From: Lama glama
Lineage: Eukaryota
Length of the DNA: 64,000 nucleotides
Direction: 5' to 3'
Assembly: GCA_028534125.1 (NCBI GenBank)
Contig: CM052817.1
Location: 8,122,001-8,186,000, forward strand
The number at the start of each line of letters is the position of its first letter. Position 1 is the stretch's first letter. The notes below the pieces were generated by a model that saw nothing but the letters and a program-made list of their open reading frames with translations, searched no databases and was not told the origin of the DNA. A program made the translations under genes and the position numbers. Below are positions 14,480 to 26,439 of this stretch, piece after piece.

Positions 14480-15105
14480 CCACTATTCCAATTACTGTCA
14501 CAGCATAACAAATCACCACAAAATAGTGGTGTAAAACCACCACCATTTTATTATGCTTGGGGATTCTGTTGGTCAGGAATTTGGGCAGAGCACAGCAGGG
14601 GTGGCTTGTCTGTGTTTTGCAATGTCTGGGGCTACAGCTGGGAAGACTCAAATGACTAGGAATGACACAAATGCCTTGGGTCTGGAGTAATCTGGAGCAT
14701 TCTTCGCTCAGTGTCTGCATCCCGTGCTAGGACAGCTTGAAGACTTGGCTCAGCTGACATTGTGAATGGGAGTATCTTCATGTGGACTCTCAATGTGTCT
14801 TGGGCTTCCCGCAGGATAGTGGCTGTGTTCCCAGGGAAGCATCCTGAGACGGTGTGACCAGAAAGCATGTATTCACAAGACCTGGGCAGAAGCCGAAAGT
14901 TTTTTCTGACAGCGCTTTGGAAGTCATATATGATGACATTTCTGCTGCATTCTATTGGTTACGGCAAGTCACTAAGCAGGCCTGGATTCCAGGGGAGGGG
15001 AATTATACTCCATCTATCAGAGGGAGAGCAGTGGGGAACACTGCAGAAGTACCTCTGATGGGAGACAGCGTTGCAGCCCTCTTTTTGTGAATATTGATCT
15101 GTTCC
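14480..15105 (-). mobile_element. MaLR MLT1(F/G/H-like) LTR
   Basis: gcataacaaatcaccacaaaatagtggtgtaaaac...ggtcaggaatttgggcag is antisense MLT1 text. Confidence 0.7.
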
Positions 15106-15139
15106 AGTTTGAAAGGCATTTGTCTACTAAGTAAACTAT

Positions 15140-15561
15140 ATTTATATGCAGTCTCTTTGGGGTTGAAGTCCTAGCCACCAGCACCTGTGTATGTGATCTT
15201 ATTTGTAATACTGCAGATGTAATCACGTTAAGTTGAGGTCATTGTCATGAGCTTTCAATCTAGTAAAATTGGTGTCCTTATAAGAAGAGTTAAAAACACA
15301 GAGTGGGGAACAGCATGTGAAGATACAGAGACATAGAGAGAGAATATGGAGGCTGAGATCAGAGCAATGCTGTCACAAGCCAAGGAATGCCTAGAGCCAC
15401 CGGGGCTGGAAGAGGCAAGGAAAGATTCTCTAGGGCCTTTAGAGAGAGCATGGCCCTGGGGCCACATTGATTCTGGACTTCTCACCTTCAGAACCATGAG
15501 AGAATAAACTTCTGTTGCCTTAAGCCAACGTTTTGTTACTGCAGCCCTGGGAAGCTAATAC
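15140..15561 (+). mobile_element. MaLR MLT1(B/C-like) solo LTR
   Basis: gttgaagtcctagccaccagc...gcagatgtaatc...gaagaggcaaggaaagattct...aataaacttctgttg...gaagctaataca terminus. Confidence 0.85.
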
Positions 15562-16021
15562 ACAATCCCTCCGTTTTTTTACACAAATATTACATACACC
15601 ATACTACATTTTGCTTTTTTTGTTTGTAAGTGTTCATATTTAATCATATTTAAATGTAAAATTTGCTGTACTTCTTCCTAACATTTTCTTCATCTGAAGA
15701 CATAAAGATTGTTGTCACTTCACTTCCTGAACACTTTCACCTGATAAACACTGGATTTTTCTTTCCATTTGCAATTCTTTTCTCTGTTGGTCTCTATGGG
15801 ATTTTGTTAAGTGGTTTTCCCTTGGCATTTTTGTTCTTCCCACTCTAATCATGATTTAGTCATATTTATATGTCTGCAAGTAACAAAATCAAGCTACATT
15901 CTTGAGAAATCTTCATTATTCACCCCACTTTATATCACTTCAACTAACACAATTCTACGCATTGTCTTCTCTAAAGGGCTATTGTTCACAACCCAACTTC
16001 TGATACCAACATTCTTAGTTA

Positions 16022-16680
16022 AAATTCTTTTAATTAAGATATAATTGACATATAACATCATATTAGTTTCAGGTGTACAACATAGTAATTCAATATTGTA
16101 TATATTGTGAAATGATCACCAAGGTGAGTCTAGTTTACATTCATCACCACAAAGAGTTACACATTTTTTTCTTAGCAACTTTCAAATATACAATACAGTA
16201 TTATTAACTATAGTCACCATGCTGTGTAATACACCTCTAGGATTTATTTATTTTTATAACTGGAAGTTTGTATCTTTTGACCCCCTTCACTCATTTCACC
16301 CAGCCACCCACCAGCTTTGGCAACCACCAGTCTGTATCTATGAGTTATGTCCTTTTTTGTTTCTTTTTTCAGATTCCACATATAAGTGAGGTCATACAGT
16401 ATTTATCTCACTCTATCTGACTTATTTCACTTGGCATAATGCCTCCAAGGTCCATCCATGTTGTCATAAGTGGCAAGATTTCCTTCTTTTTTGTGACTGA
16501 ATAATACTCCATATGTATGTATATATATCACATCTTTTTTATCCATTCATCCTTTATTAGACACTTAGATTGTTTCCATGTCTTGGCTATTATAAATAAC
16601 GCTGCAATAAATATGGGGGTGCATATATCTATTCAAGTTGGTGTTTTTGTTTTCTTTGGACAAATCCCCAGAAGTAGAAA
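16022..16680 (-). mobile_element. LINE-1 3' end
   Basis: Antisense L1 3' UTR (cagattccacatataagtgaggtcatacagtatttatc; caaggtccatccatgttgtc); similar family to 321-1130. Confidence 0.9.
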
Positions 16681-16719
16681 ATGCTTTGGATTAAAGTAGT
16701 AGTCTGTAACTTGAACTAA

Positions 16720-17180
16720 ACAGTAATTCATTACTGGGACAAAGGAGTGTCCTATAGCACCAATGGGCAAGAATGGAAATAAACTTAACAGGGAGAGCTT
16801 AAGCAAGACCTAGAAATCCATAAGAAAGAGATGATCTATTTCTTGTATTTATTTCTCTCTCTGCATATAATTTATTCCAGTCTATCTAGCCTGGAATTTT
16901 CAGCTTCCTTGCCCCATCCTGGAAGATAGCCATGCCTCAGCCCTCAGGCTTACGTGACTGTAATTCTAATTGCATATAGAGATGAGTTCTCTGTCCCTGA
17001 ATCCCAATTCCAAGTTACTGGAGAGAATCAGACTGGTTCAGGAGTGCATTCCAGGTCTAATCACCTGGAGCTGGCGGCAGGGTCACAGACAGTGTCCTTG
17101 GTAGGGGAGGACAGTCATCTGAGAAAGGGTGAGGGGGAGATGGCTTAAATTGCATAGTTCATGGGGAACAACTTGACAGA
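16720..17180. mobile_element. Ancient MaLR (MLT1J/K-like) LTR fragment
   Basis: cccaattccaagttactggagagaatcagactggttcagg...ggcagggtcac resembles old MLT1 LTRs. Confidence 0.5.
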
Positions 17181-17754
17181 TCTCCCTTTAGACTTTCTCG
17201 TCCTTCAAAAGTTATGCTTCAGGCTCCTTTCTACCCAGATCTCTCCTTTCGTCTCTTTCTTCTAGGCAGCACCCAGCTACCCTGGCTTCTTTTCCCTTCT
17301 TCCTGATTCCCCTTAGAACTTTAGATTTCCCCTGCTTTATCCTCTGTGTGCCAGCCTACGCCTGCATATTGGAGTTGAGTGTGCTTGTGTCACCAGGGGT
17401 GGTGGAATGGGGAAATGAGAGCATCGCACTAACCCTAAAAGTTAGTCCTATACCTAAAAAGAACTACGGAGAACAGAATTTCTCCATCCTAATTCATCTA
17501 TTTCTTGATTGATGTTTATCCTCTCTCTTCTCAAAAACGATGTGAAGCAGCTCCCCTCATCTCTACATCTTCCCTTTCACTCCCTCTTCCCTTCCTGCAG
17601 CTCTTCGTCTGGCACGGATTACGTACAATGCTTGGACTTAGTCCTCGAGTGTACAGGAATTAGTGATCCTGTAGACACTCCCCAGTCCTGAGACATTTCT
17701 TGTTCTGCCTTTGAACTTCCAAGTTCACATTTGGGGAAGATATATATGAAGCCA

Positions 17755-18200
17755 TACGGTGTCTTGAATTGGCTTCCCTGGAAACAGATTTTGAACCAGA
17801 GAACTGCATGCAGATGGTTTATTGGTGAGTGCTCCGGTGGGATACTTCTGTACTAAAGTCTGGATTGGGCAAAAAAGAAGCTGACCCTGAATGCAGCTGC
17901 AACTGAGGCTTCAGCCCACCCTACAAAGTGCTCTGGAGCTGTGGTGGCTCTTCAGAGTTGTCTCAGATGGAAACAAGGGAGCCAAGTCTTTGTATTTCTG
18001 AATCAGCCAATCATTAACCATGAGACACTCTCTGGGAGTAGGTGGTGCATAACCTTCCCAAAGCAGTTTCTGGCAGCCAAGGGCAATTCTTTGTGATGGA
18101 TGCAGCAGTGAGCTGTCAGAGCTGATGCCCAGCCTCTGAGGGCGAGAGCATTTACCATGAAAAGAGAATCTGGGCAGAGCACCAGAACAGCCGCTATACA
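17755..18200. mobile_element. ERVL LTR16-like LTR
   Basis: ttggcttccctggaaacagattttga...gcatgcagatggtttattgg...gcagctgcaactgaggcttcagcc...ctctggagctg. Confidence 0.6.
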
Positions 18201-18209
18201 TAGTATCAC

Positions 18210-18790
18210 AGAAAGGTCAGTGGACTAAAATCAGAAGACCTGGGTTTTGGTCCTGGCTTTGCCAAAACTGTGTGTCTTTAGACAAATCACTTTATCTCCA
18301 TGGACGCTGGGTACCTCAATTATAAAATATGACAATGGCAGCAAAGTCCATAGGTATTTATTCTAGAATAATAATCCCCCATGTATATAAGAGGGACAAG
18401 GCACCTGGTTATAATAATGCAACATTCAACACTTGAGAGGTACTTAATTATAGATTTACAGGCCCCAATGAAGAAAGAATTAGGTATATCTATATGTACT
18501 AATATGGAGAGCTTTTAAAATAATATTACAAGGTGAAAAAAAAAGCAGGTTGCATGAGAGGTATGGTGTGATTCCATTTATGTTTGAAATAAATCACACA
18601 TACAAAAATTATGTATGAAAATGCATTTGTGTCTGAAAGAACCAACACCAAAGTACTATCAGTTAATTACCACTGGGAAGGTTCTAGGACTGAGGGGAAG
18701 CAGGATAAGGGAGGAGAAAGAGTAAATTTTTTTACCTTACATAATTTACATATCTTAATAGTCATATATTATGTGTATAATTTAAAAGAA
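18210..18790 (+). mobile_element. MIR fragment (18210-18330) followed by ancient L1ME-type 3' end
   Basis: gaagacctgggttttggtcctggctttgcc MIR core; aaaaagcaggttgcatgagaggtatggtgtgattccatttatg L1 tail. Confidence 0.6.
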
Positions 18791-21700
18791 AAAGAAAAAA
18801 CATGAAGTAGATTGAAATAAAGTGACTAAATAAAGTGACAAAATTCCAACTCTGAACTTCCAAGGTGTTAAGGCTACTCCTCTATCTCTGTTCCACCTGC
18901 CTCCCTGAGACAGCTAGTTATCTGTCCACCAAAAGACTGGTAATTCTAACAAGAGAGAAAGTTGACTGTGGCAGCAGATCCAACCCGAGGTGATAGGGAA
19001 AGGTGAGAAATGAGAAATAGAAATATTCTCAAAAGTGACTGCCTCTCAAATTTAAACGTATTAGCTAAGGAAACCTTATGCACCATTTGACTGATATGTC
19101 CTCTATACTTAATTCTAGTTTTGATTCAATAAATAGAGGCATAGGAAGAGGTATTAAAATTGAAACAGCTTCAAACACATGTTAGCTGATTCAAACAAGT
19201 CTTTGAGAAAGGACTTTGACTTTTAATATAGAAAGAAAAACCAGCCCTCCAAAATGTGATTGCTATCTTGGCAATCATAATTTTTAGTATGTATAAATTA
19301 TTATAATAAAGCATTCTTGATTTCCACTATGTAAAAACTAAGCTGTCGAAACTCTGAAGTTAACATAACTGCTTTACATCATCCCTTAAAGTGCCCTAGA
19401 AGTAAAATCTTTCGAAGAAAGTTTCTATGCATGCAGCAAATAATATGTATACTTTATAAATGCTAAAGCCCTCTAATGCTTACACGTGCACAGTGTTGAA
19501 ATTAACTACTTTGATAATGTGCAGGAGGTTGTAATACTCGCCAGAAATTTGGCCAAAGAAGGGATGACTGTCTCCTCTCCCTCTGCCAGAATGGAAATGT
19601 TTAGGAGGGAAGGCTCCTTAAAGTGAAGAAAAGGGTCAGACCCAATTAAAACTGCAAAGGAAACTTCGAAAGGACGAATGCCATTAGCCCAAACTGGAAT
19701 GTGGCCAAAACACAGGGTAATACTTCAACTCTTACAAAAAGTGCCAGGGGGATATTTAACAACCGCAGGTGGCCAAATGCTTTCTCCGAAGTCTCATCAG
19801 AAAAGTCATTTATAGCAACAATATTCACCATGGTAAAGTAATATTACTTGACAAACTGCATATTCAATTACTATGTTTAAACTCTGATATTTGTCAACTA
19901 TCAGTTGAGACTGCTTCTCTGTAGAACAATAAATAGAGAAATGAAATGCTTCTGTTGTTAAGATTACAACACAGGAAACAATTGTTATTTAAATCTTACA
20001 TTGGGCTTTCCTTAGATGAAACACCAATTATCATTTTGTCCAATAAACTGAGCCTTGAAATATGCAGGTTTTTCATTTCCTTCTAGATTTTAGAAATCTT
20101 TAGGAAATCTTAACCATGATTTTATTCCCCATAATATTTTCTCACTATCTGCTTATTTTATATGACTTTAATCCAGTTTGTATTTTCCATTATCTGCAGG
20201 AGAATGAGTTTGACTTATTAAAAAATAATACATCAATTCTTATCATATGACACACTTTCTTATTTTTCTTTATGCTTCTTTTTATATCTGTAACTTATTT
20301 CTTTTTCATTCAAATGTTTCCCTCTTTCATTCTCTGTCTCTCTCCTCTTGGGTTGTAAGAGAAACACTTTGTAAACTGTGATCTAAAGGCAATGGAAAAT
20401 GCAGGCCTGTTAAGTGACATAACACATCCATTCTTGAACCCTGCAAAGGATATTATGTGAGCAAATGCACAGAGTGAAACCTAAAAAAGGTTCCAGTTTA
20501 AAATGNNNNNNNNNNNNNNNNNNNNNNNNNNNNNNNNNNNNNNNNNNNNNNNNNNNNNNNNNNNNNNNNNNNNNNNNNNNNNNNNNNNNNNNNNNNNNNN
20601 NNNNNNNNNNNNNNNNNNNNNNNNNNNNNNNNNNNNNNNNNNNNNNNNNNNNNNNNNNNNNNNNNNNNNNNNNNNNNNNNNNNNNACGAGCAGATTTNNN
20701 NNNNNNNNNNNNNNNNNNNNNNNNNNNNNNNNNNNNNNNNNNNNNNNNNNNNNNNNNNNNNNNNNNNNNNNNNNNNNNNNNNNNNNNNNNNNNNNNNNNN
20801 NNNNNNNNNNNNNNNNNNNNNNNNNNNNNACAAAAGGAATTTATTGTGCTCCCATAAAGCAAGGCGTAATTAAGAGCCCCCTTTNNNNNNNNNNNNNNNN
20901 NNNNNNNNNNNNNNNNNNNNNNNNNNNNNNNNNNNNNNNNNNNNNNNNNNNNNNNNNNNNNNNNNNNNNNNNNNNNNNNNNNNNNNNNNNNNNNNNNNNN
21001 NNNNNNNNNNNNNNNNNNNNNNNNNNNNNNNNNNNNNNNNNNNNNNNNNNNNNNNNNNNNNNNNNNNNNNNNNNNNNNNNNNNNNNNNNNNNNNNNNNNN
21101 NNNNNNNNNNNNNNNNNNNNNNNNNNNNNNNNNNNNNNNNNNNNNNNNNNNNNNNNNNNNNNNNNNNNNNNGGAATAAACGTGCATGGGTGTAAGGCACC
21201 TCTAAAAATTATGAGATGTCTAATAATCCTATGATTATGTGGTCTGTTCTGAAAAAAAAAAGAATATTAAACCAAATGTTTGACTCAGTATTACAAAAAC
21301 AGATTATCTAATGGCTTCCAAGGGGGAAATATGAGAAAGGCCATTCATAAAGTTCCTTAATAGTAACAAATTATACACACTTCCTTATTCTGCACGTAAA
21401 TGGAAAGACAAAAGGAAACTCTGAGAGAATGTGTTCTCACACCTTTAAAAGCGTAACACATTAATAAATTTCTCTTCAAATTGTTTGCTATCAATGTGAA
21501 TTCGATATTCTTTTCAAATGAGCACCAGAAAAATGCTCATTACACTTGTAAAAATACCTCGTTTTTCTTAACATTCAAAGAAGCTTTGAATGCCAACCTC
21601 GATGTCTTAATTTTTAGAATGCATTGGTTTCACAGGCAAGGCAGAATGCAAACTGGGAGAAAAGGGTCAATGTGAAAAATTCATCATTATTCAAATATGA

Positions 21701-24199
21701 AAAATGAAATTACTGAACAAAATGCAAATTACTGACTTAATCTTGAAAATTAAATAACATCATTTTAAATTTCATTTAAATTGTCTCTGTAGCTGTGGCA
21801 TTCATATAAAAGGGCGCATTGTAACATGTTGATATAAAATGGAGACTTTGGAGAAGAAAGAAGTTAAGTAATTTTCTTCAAGTGCCAAAATTTATGTAGC
21901 ATTCTTCATCCATTTTCTTTTCCATTTAAGTCCCACAAAGTGTCTTTGATAAATCAAATGATCTCCAATTTACAGCTCAAAAATTGAAAAAGAATTTACA
22001 AGTATCAATCTACTAGTGTTGATTGCAAATTAGATATCCTTAAACTTTCCTCCTTGGAAATTTTCATCCTCTGTTAGACAAAGTGAAATTATTTAAAAAT
22101 AAGAGAGAACCAAAAACACCTTAATTGTATAATTACCTTTTAATCATTGTATTTGAAATAATTTTTATCTTTTGCCCCTAAGAGAAAATTTTTTTCATTT
22201 TGGTCTCAAGGGAATTGAAGGTATAAAATATATTATACCCAATTAAGTCCTATGCAATATTATGTTCAATAATACAGGTACCCTTCTGGGTTTTCAGAAG
22301 CAATTTATGCCTTATTTTTCTTTTTAGTTGCCAGAAGTGAATTAAATAGTTTGGAAGGGAGCCTGTGAAATTTTGTTTTTAAAATGAAAAGTGAAACCTG
22401 AAGACGGCTGAGAGGCTACAAAAAGACAGAAGAATGTGTAAAAGTCATCTTTCCCTTTTTTCATTTTGCTAATAATAAAGCCACTGAGCCATAGGGGACC
22501 CTGCTGAGTTATCACTGTGCAAAGATCACTGAACTAGCCTCAATCTGAATTCTGTTTGTTCATGACATCCAGCTCGAGCTGATTCCATGTTTCGAAGTGA
22601 AATGTGAACATCCACTCTGCTCAGAAAATGTGGACAAAAATAATATCTATAACAGAGTAAAATAATTTCACCTCTCAAAAACACTGAAAATAGAGTAGCT
22701 TTGTAATGATGTATCTAAGATAACACATGCCAATGACTCATCTACTATAGTTCAGTTTTAAAAGAGCATCTTTTGCTCTCATTCATCAGCTCAGAGCAAG
22801 CTCAGGCTGAACGTAAATACTTACACACTCATCCTTTCTCAGACACTGAGTTTCAATGTCTGTTTAGATGCAAGGCTGATTAGTGTAACATATGCATTGA
22901 ATACATCAGGTCTATATTAATTGACTGGTTGCTTTCAAGATAACTAAACTCTAAGTAACTAAAATAACACCAGTATTAATGTAATTGTATTTATTAACCT
23001 CTCGCTACACCCTCCTGCCTGGCATAAGCTTTGGAATTACAAGTCAGACAGGGCTGAGCAGCAATCTTCAAGAAAATTGCTTTAAATTGGCCTTCATTAG
23101 CACTCACGGCACTGAAAAACAACTCCAAGTGCATGCCTTATGGAAGGTAAGCCAGTAGCAATAGTGCCCTATTAAAAAGGCAGCACATTAACCTGCTCAA
23201 CCAGCATTCACCACATTCTATAAATACTATTAAATAAAGAATCTTCAACCGCAAACTAATTCTGCTATTTCTAAGTATTGGGGCTATTAAGACCAGATTT
23301 AACATTCCAACCATCAATGGCACGTATGTTGATTCCAGTTTACTTTTTTTTTATTCCAGTTTTGGAGAATTGGAGATTGTAGTTGAACTTTTAATTTTCC
23401 CTTACATAATGGGGCTCCTGGGTTATAAAAACTCAGTACCACACAGTAACAAAGAATAAAGAAACCAAAACTTTCATTGGAAACTCAAACTTACATAGAT
23501 ACAAACACCAAGAAGAAAATGTATTTCAAAGTGAAGAAAAAAATTCTTCTGTTTCATAACTTTGCTTTGAAGAGCATGCTCTTTCTTGACATCTGCATAG
23601 TAAAAGGGAGTTTAATTTCCTTGGTCAACTATCCTTTCTGAAAATCCTGCATTGGCAGACTTGGAAATGGAAGGAATTTTTCCCGGGGATTAATTCGCAG
23701 CTCTTCTTAACATTCAAAACGCTGAATATCTTCAGTACACAAGCCAGGGAATTTGGCCCTTAGAGTTACACATTTTAGCAAACAAATGTTAAAGAAAACT
23801 ATTTTCAGCAGAAAGAGGCCACATGAAATCTATCAGACATATGAAATTGTCTGATATGAAAACTTGATATCCACATTAACTCCCCCAGTTCAGCTCCCAC
23901 TGGTTTACAGCTTGAAAAAGTTCCAACATTTCATCCTTTATATTGGCATCTCCATTTCTGAACCTTACCACTGGTTTTGTTCCAAAACATAACATTTCAA
24001 AACAGAACAGTAAAGTAAAATATTTAAGGCCTAGCAAATAAGACCACCTTCTTGAAAGCCAGGTAATTTTTCTCAAAGTCTAAGTTCATAGCCAATTCTA
24101 CCATTTCAACTTGAACCATTTAATTTAGTAAACATTTTTTTTTAAAATACAAGGTTCTCTGAATTCAAGACTGTTCAGTGAAACATGCCTATTCGTGTC

Positions 24200-24440
24200 A
24201 GTGGAAGGACACAGCAGACAGCAGTGGCTGAAATTTGGATCTTACGGTCAACTGACCCCAGTGCCACCATTTACCATCTATATGTCTGCATAGAGGGTCC
24301 TTATACTCTCTAACGGGCAACCTTCTCACCTGTTAAGTGGGGATAATATCATAAATTTTCACAAGAAAGAAATGAAATAGTATTCACAAGTCATCAACCA
24401 TGCTCCCTAGCACATGAGAAGCCCTCAAGTGGTAGCTGCT
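24200..24440 (+). mobile_element. MIR SINE
   Basis: ggcaaccttctcacctgttaagtggggataatatc core. Confidence 0.6.
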
Positions 24441-26439
24441 ATCCCCATGTTTAATTTGACCTTTTTAAAAAAAATGAAACGGAATAGTTTCAGACCAAAA
24501 TGAGCAGTGTTTTAAAACTTTATCTATGTTCAGTTCAGACTTCAATTATCCATCATAAACTGCCTATACCCAGCAGATAACATGTGAAAACACTTTCTCT
24601 CTCATACAAACACAATGCCATATTTTCCCTTCCAAAATACCTGGTTATCTGTTCCTGTAAATAGGACACAAAAATGACAAATGACATTTTTCACTTTTCT
24701 TCAAAGCCTTTTGCCATCTTAAAAACAATAGTGGTACTTTCCTTTTTGTGAAATTTTCATGTAAACCAAATTGTATTTTAAATATTTATTCAAGACTTAT
24801 CTTGAAGCTGACTTTAAATTTTCTTTACATAGACCGCTGTCAAGTAGAATTCTAAATTCCTGCTCTTCATTCTAATTCCAAATAAGCTACATTTTTGTTG
24901 GATTATTATTTAAAAAAAAAGAAAAAATATATACAGAAGGCAGGAGGTATGTGCAGTCCTTTCCCCCAGTTTTCTTGAGTACATAAGCAATGTTTTTCAA
25001 CAGAGGTAACATAAATTAATTTCATCCATTGCAACACCCATCAGGACCCAAGATTATTTATTTCTATGCCAATCTACCTGTTCTTTACTGAGTAACCCAT
25101 TTCTAGGGATCTAGTGATCCTATTAATATTATTTTTAATTTTATGATCAAAAATAAAGGAGTATAGAAACCCGAGGTAAAAGCCACAGGTGGCTCATTGT
25201 GTGTGGGGAAGGAGTGAAAATAATTTCAAACTCATTTGCACTAAGGAAGAGAACTGGGTATTCTGTTAAGGGAGCAGGGCAGCTTCAATTTAGGGTTCAT
25301 ATTTAGAGGGAAAGTTGGAAGGACGGCCCAGGCAAACCAATTGGGGCAAAAAACAAAAAAACAAAAAAACACCTCCAATGTAATGATGGGCTTCCCATTT
25401 ACTCTCTGAGAAAAAGGACTAGTTGAAGAAGAAAGGCACCCAGGCCCAGTTTCACAAGAAGTCAGGGGGCCAGGGCCACTGTGGGATGCAGTTATTATTA
25501 GGCATTTACAACACAGATTTGGCCAGCTCACACTTAAGCATGCCATTTATGCCATTTTCTACTGGTCTACCTCCATCCATGAAGGTGGGACTCTGGAAGT
25601 CAGTGTGAGTTCAGGGCATGTGAGCATGTGCAAAGCAAGCCCATACAGCCCAAGCAGGCCCATAAAAGCCAGGAAATGAACAAGTTCAAGTTCTCCTAGT
25701 GTGTTAATGTGCCCACAAATGTACCTACTTTATACATTTAACAACTCATGTAGTAATGAAAAATGCCATGTAGAACATATAGCTGCATGTGCAAGGTGGG
25801 GTAATTAATATGCCTATGTGTGCTCCTTAATTGTTTCATGCCCTGTATTTTTGGTTAATGTAACACTCTGCAAACTTTTATATAAATAGTTTATGTTTTA
25901 TATGGAATTCCACATTTAAAAAAAAACAAGGGGGAATGATGAATAAGGAAAAATTCTAATGGTATTCTTGCTGAATTTCATTAGCTTGATATTCCACCTT
26001 TTTAATTTTCTATAAACTGCCAATATATTGACACAAAACTTTCAATTCTAGTATGGTCACTGAGCAAGCTGATCGTCAACTTAGCAAAAGAAAAAGGAGA
26101 GTTTCTAATCTGTCCTAATTAACATTTTACATTTTCAGTCATTTCTCAGCCAAGCTATCTTTGTAAAAAAGCCAGATATCAAGTTTGACATTTTGAAGTC
26201 CAAACATGTTTGAGTTGTCAGTGTGAAAACTGGGGAAGCCTGGGATAAAGAGCTGAATTTTAAAGTCTTCACTATAACTGGTGAGGTCTGGGTTTGGGTT
26301 GTTTTTCTAGGAGAACCCAAAGGCCACTGAAGATGTTTTTCCACCAATTTTTCATAAGCATTTAAGCTTAGAGGGAAAAAAAGGTGGCAAGACGGGAGGA
26401 CATGGTTTTCTTTGGGGGAAGGAAATTAGAAGCCACCGC

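Noticed and set aside
20410-21234. Long ORFs made mostly of X (also 356-640, 32957-33572, 53811-54434)
   Set aside because: Artefacts of N runs lacking stop codons.
1-26400. RAB28 exons expected from synteny
   Set aside because: No sequence encoding the RAB28 N-terminus ([21 protein letters not shown]) or other recognisable GTPase motifs was found; the gene probably starts left of the window.
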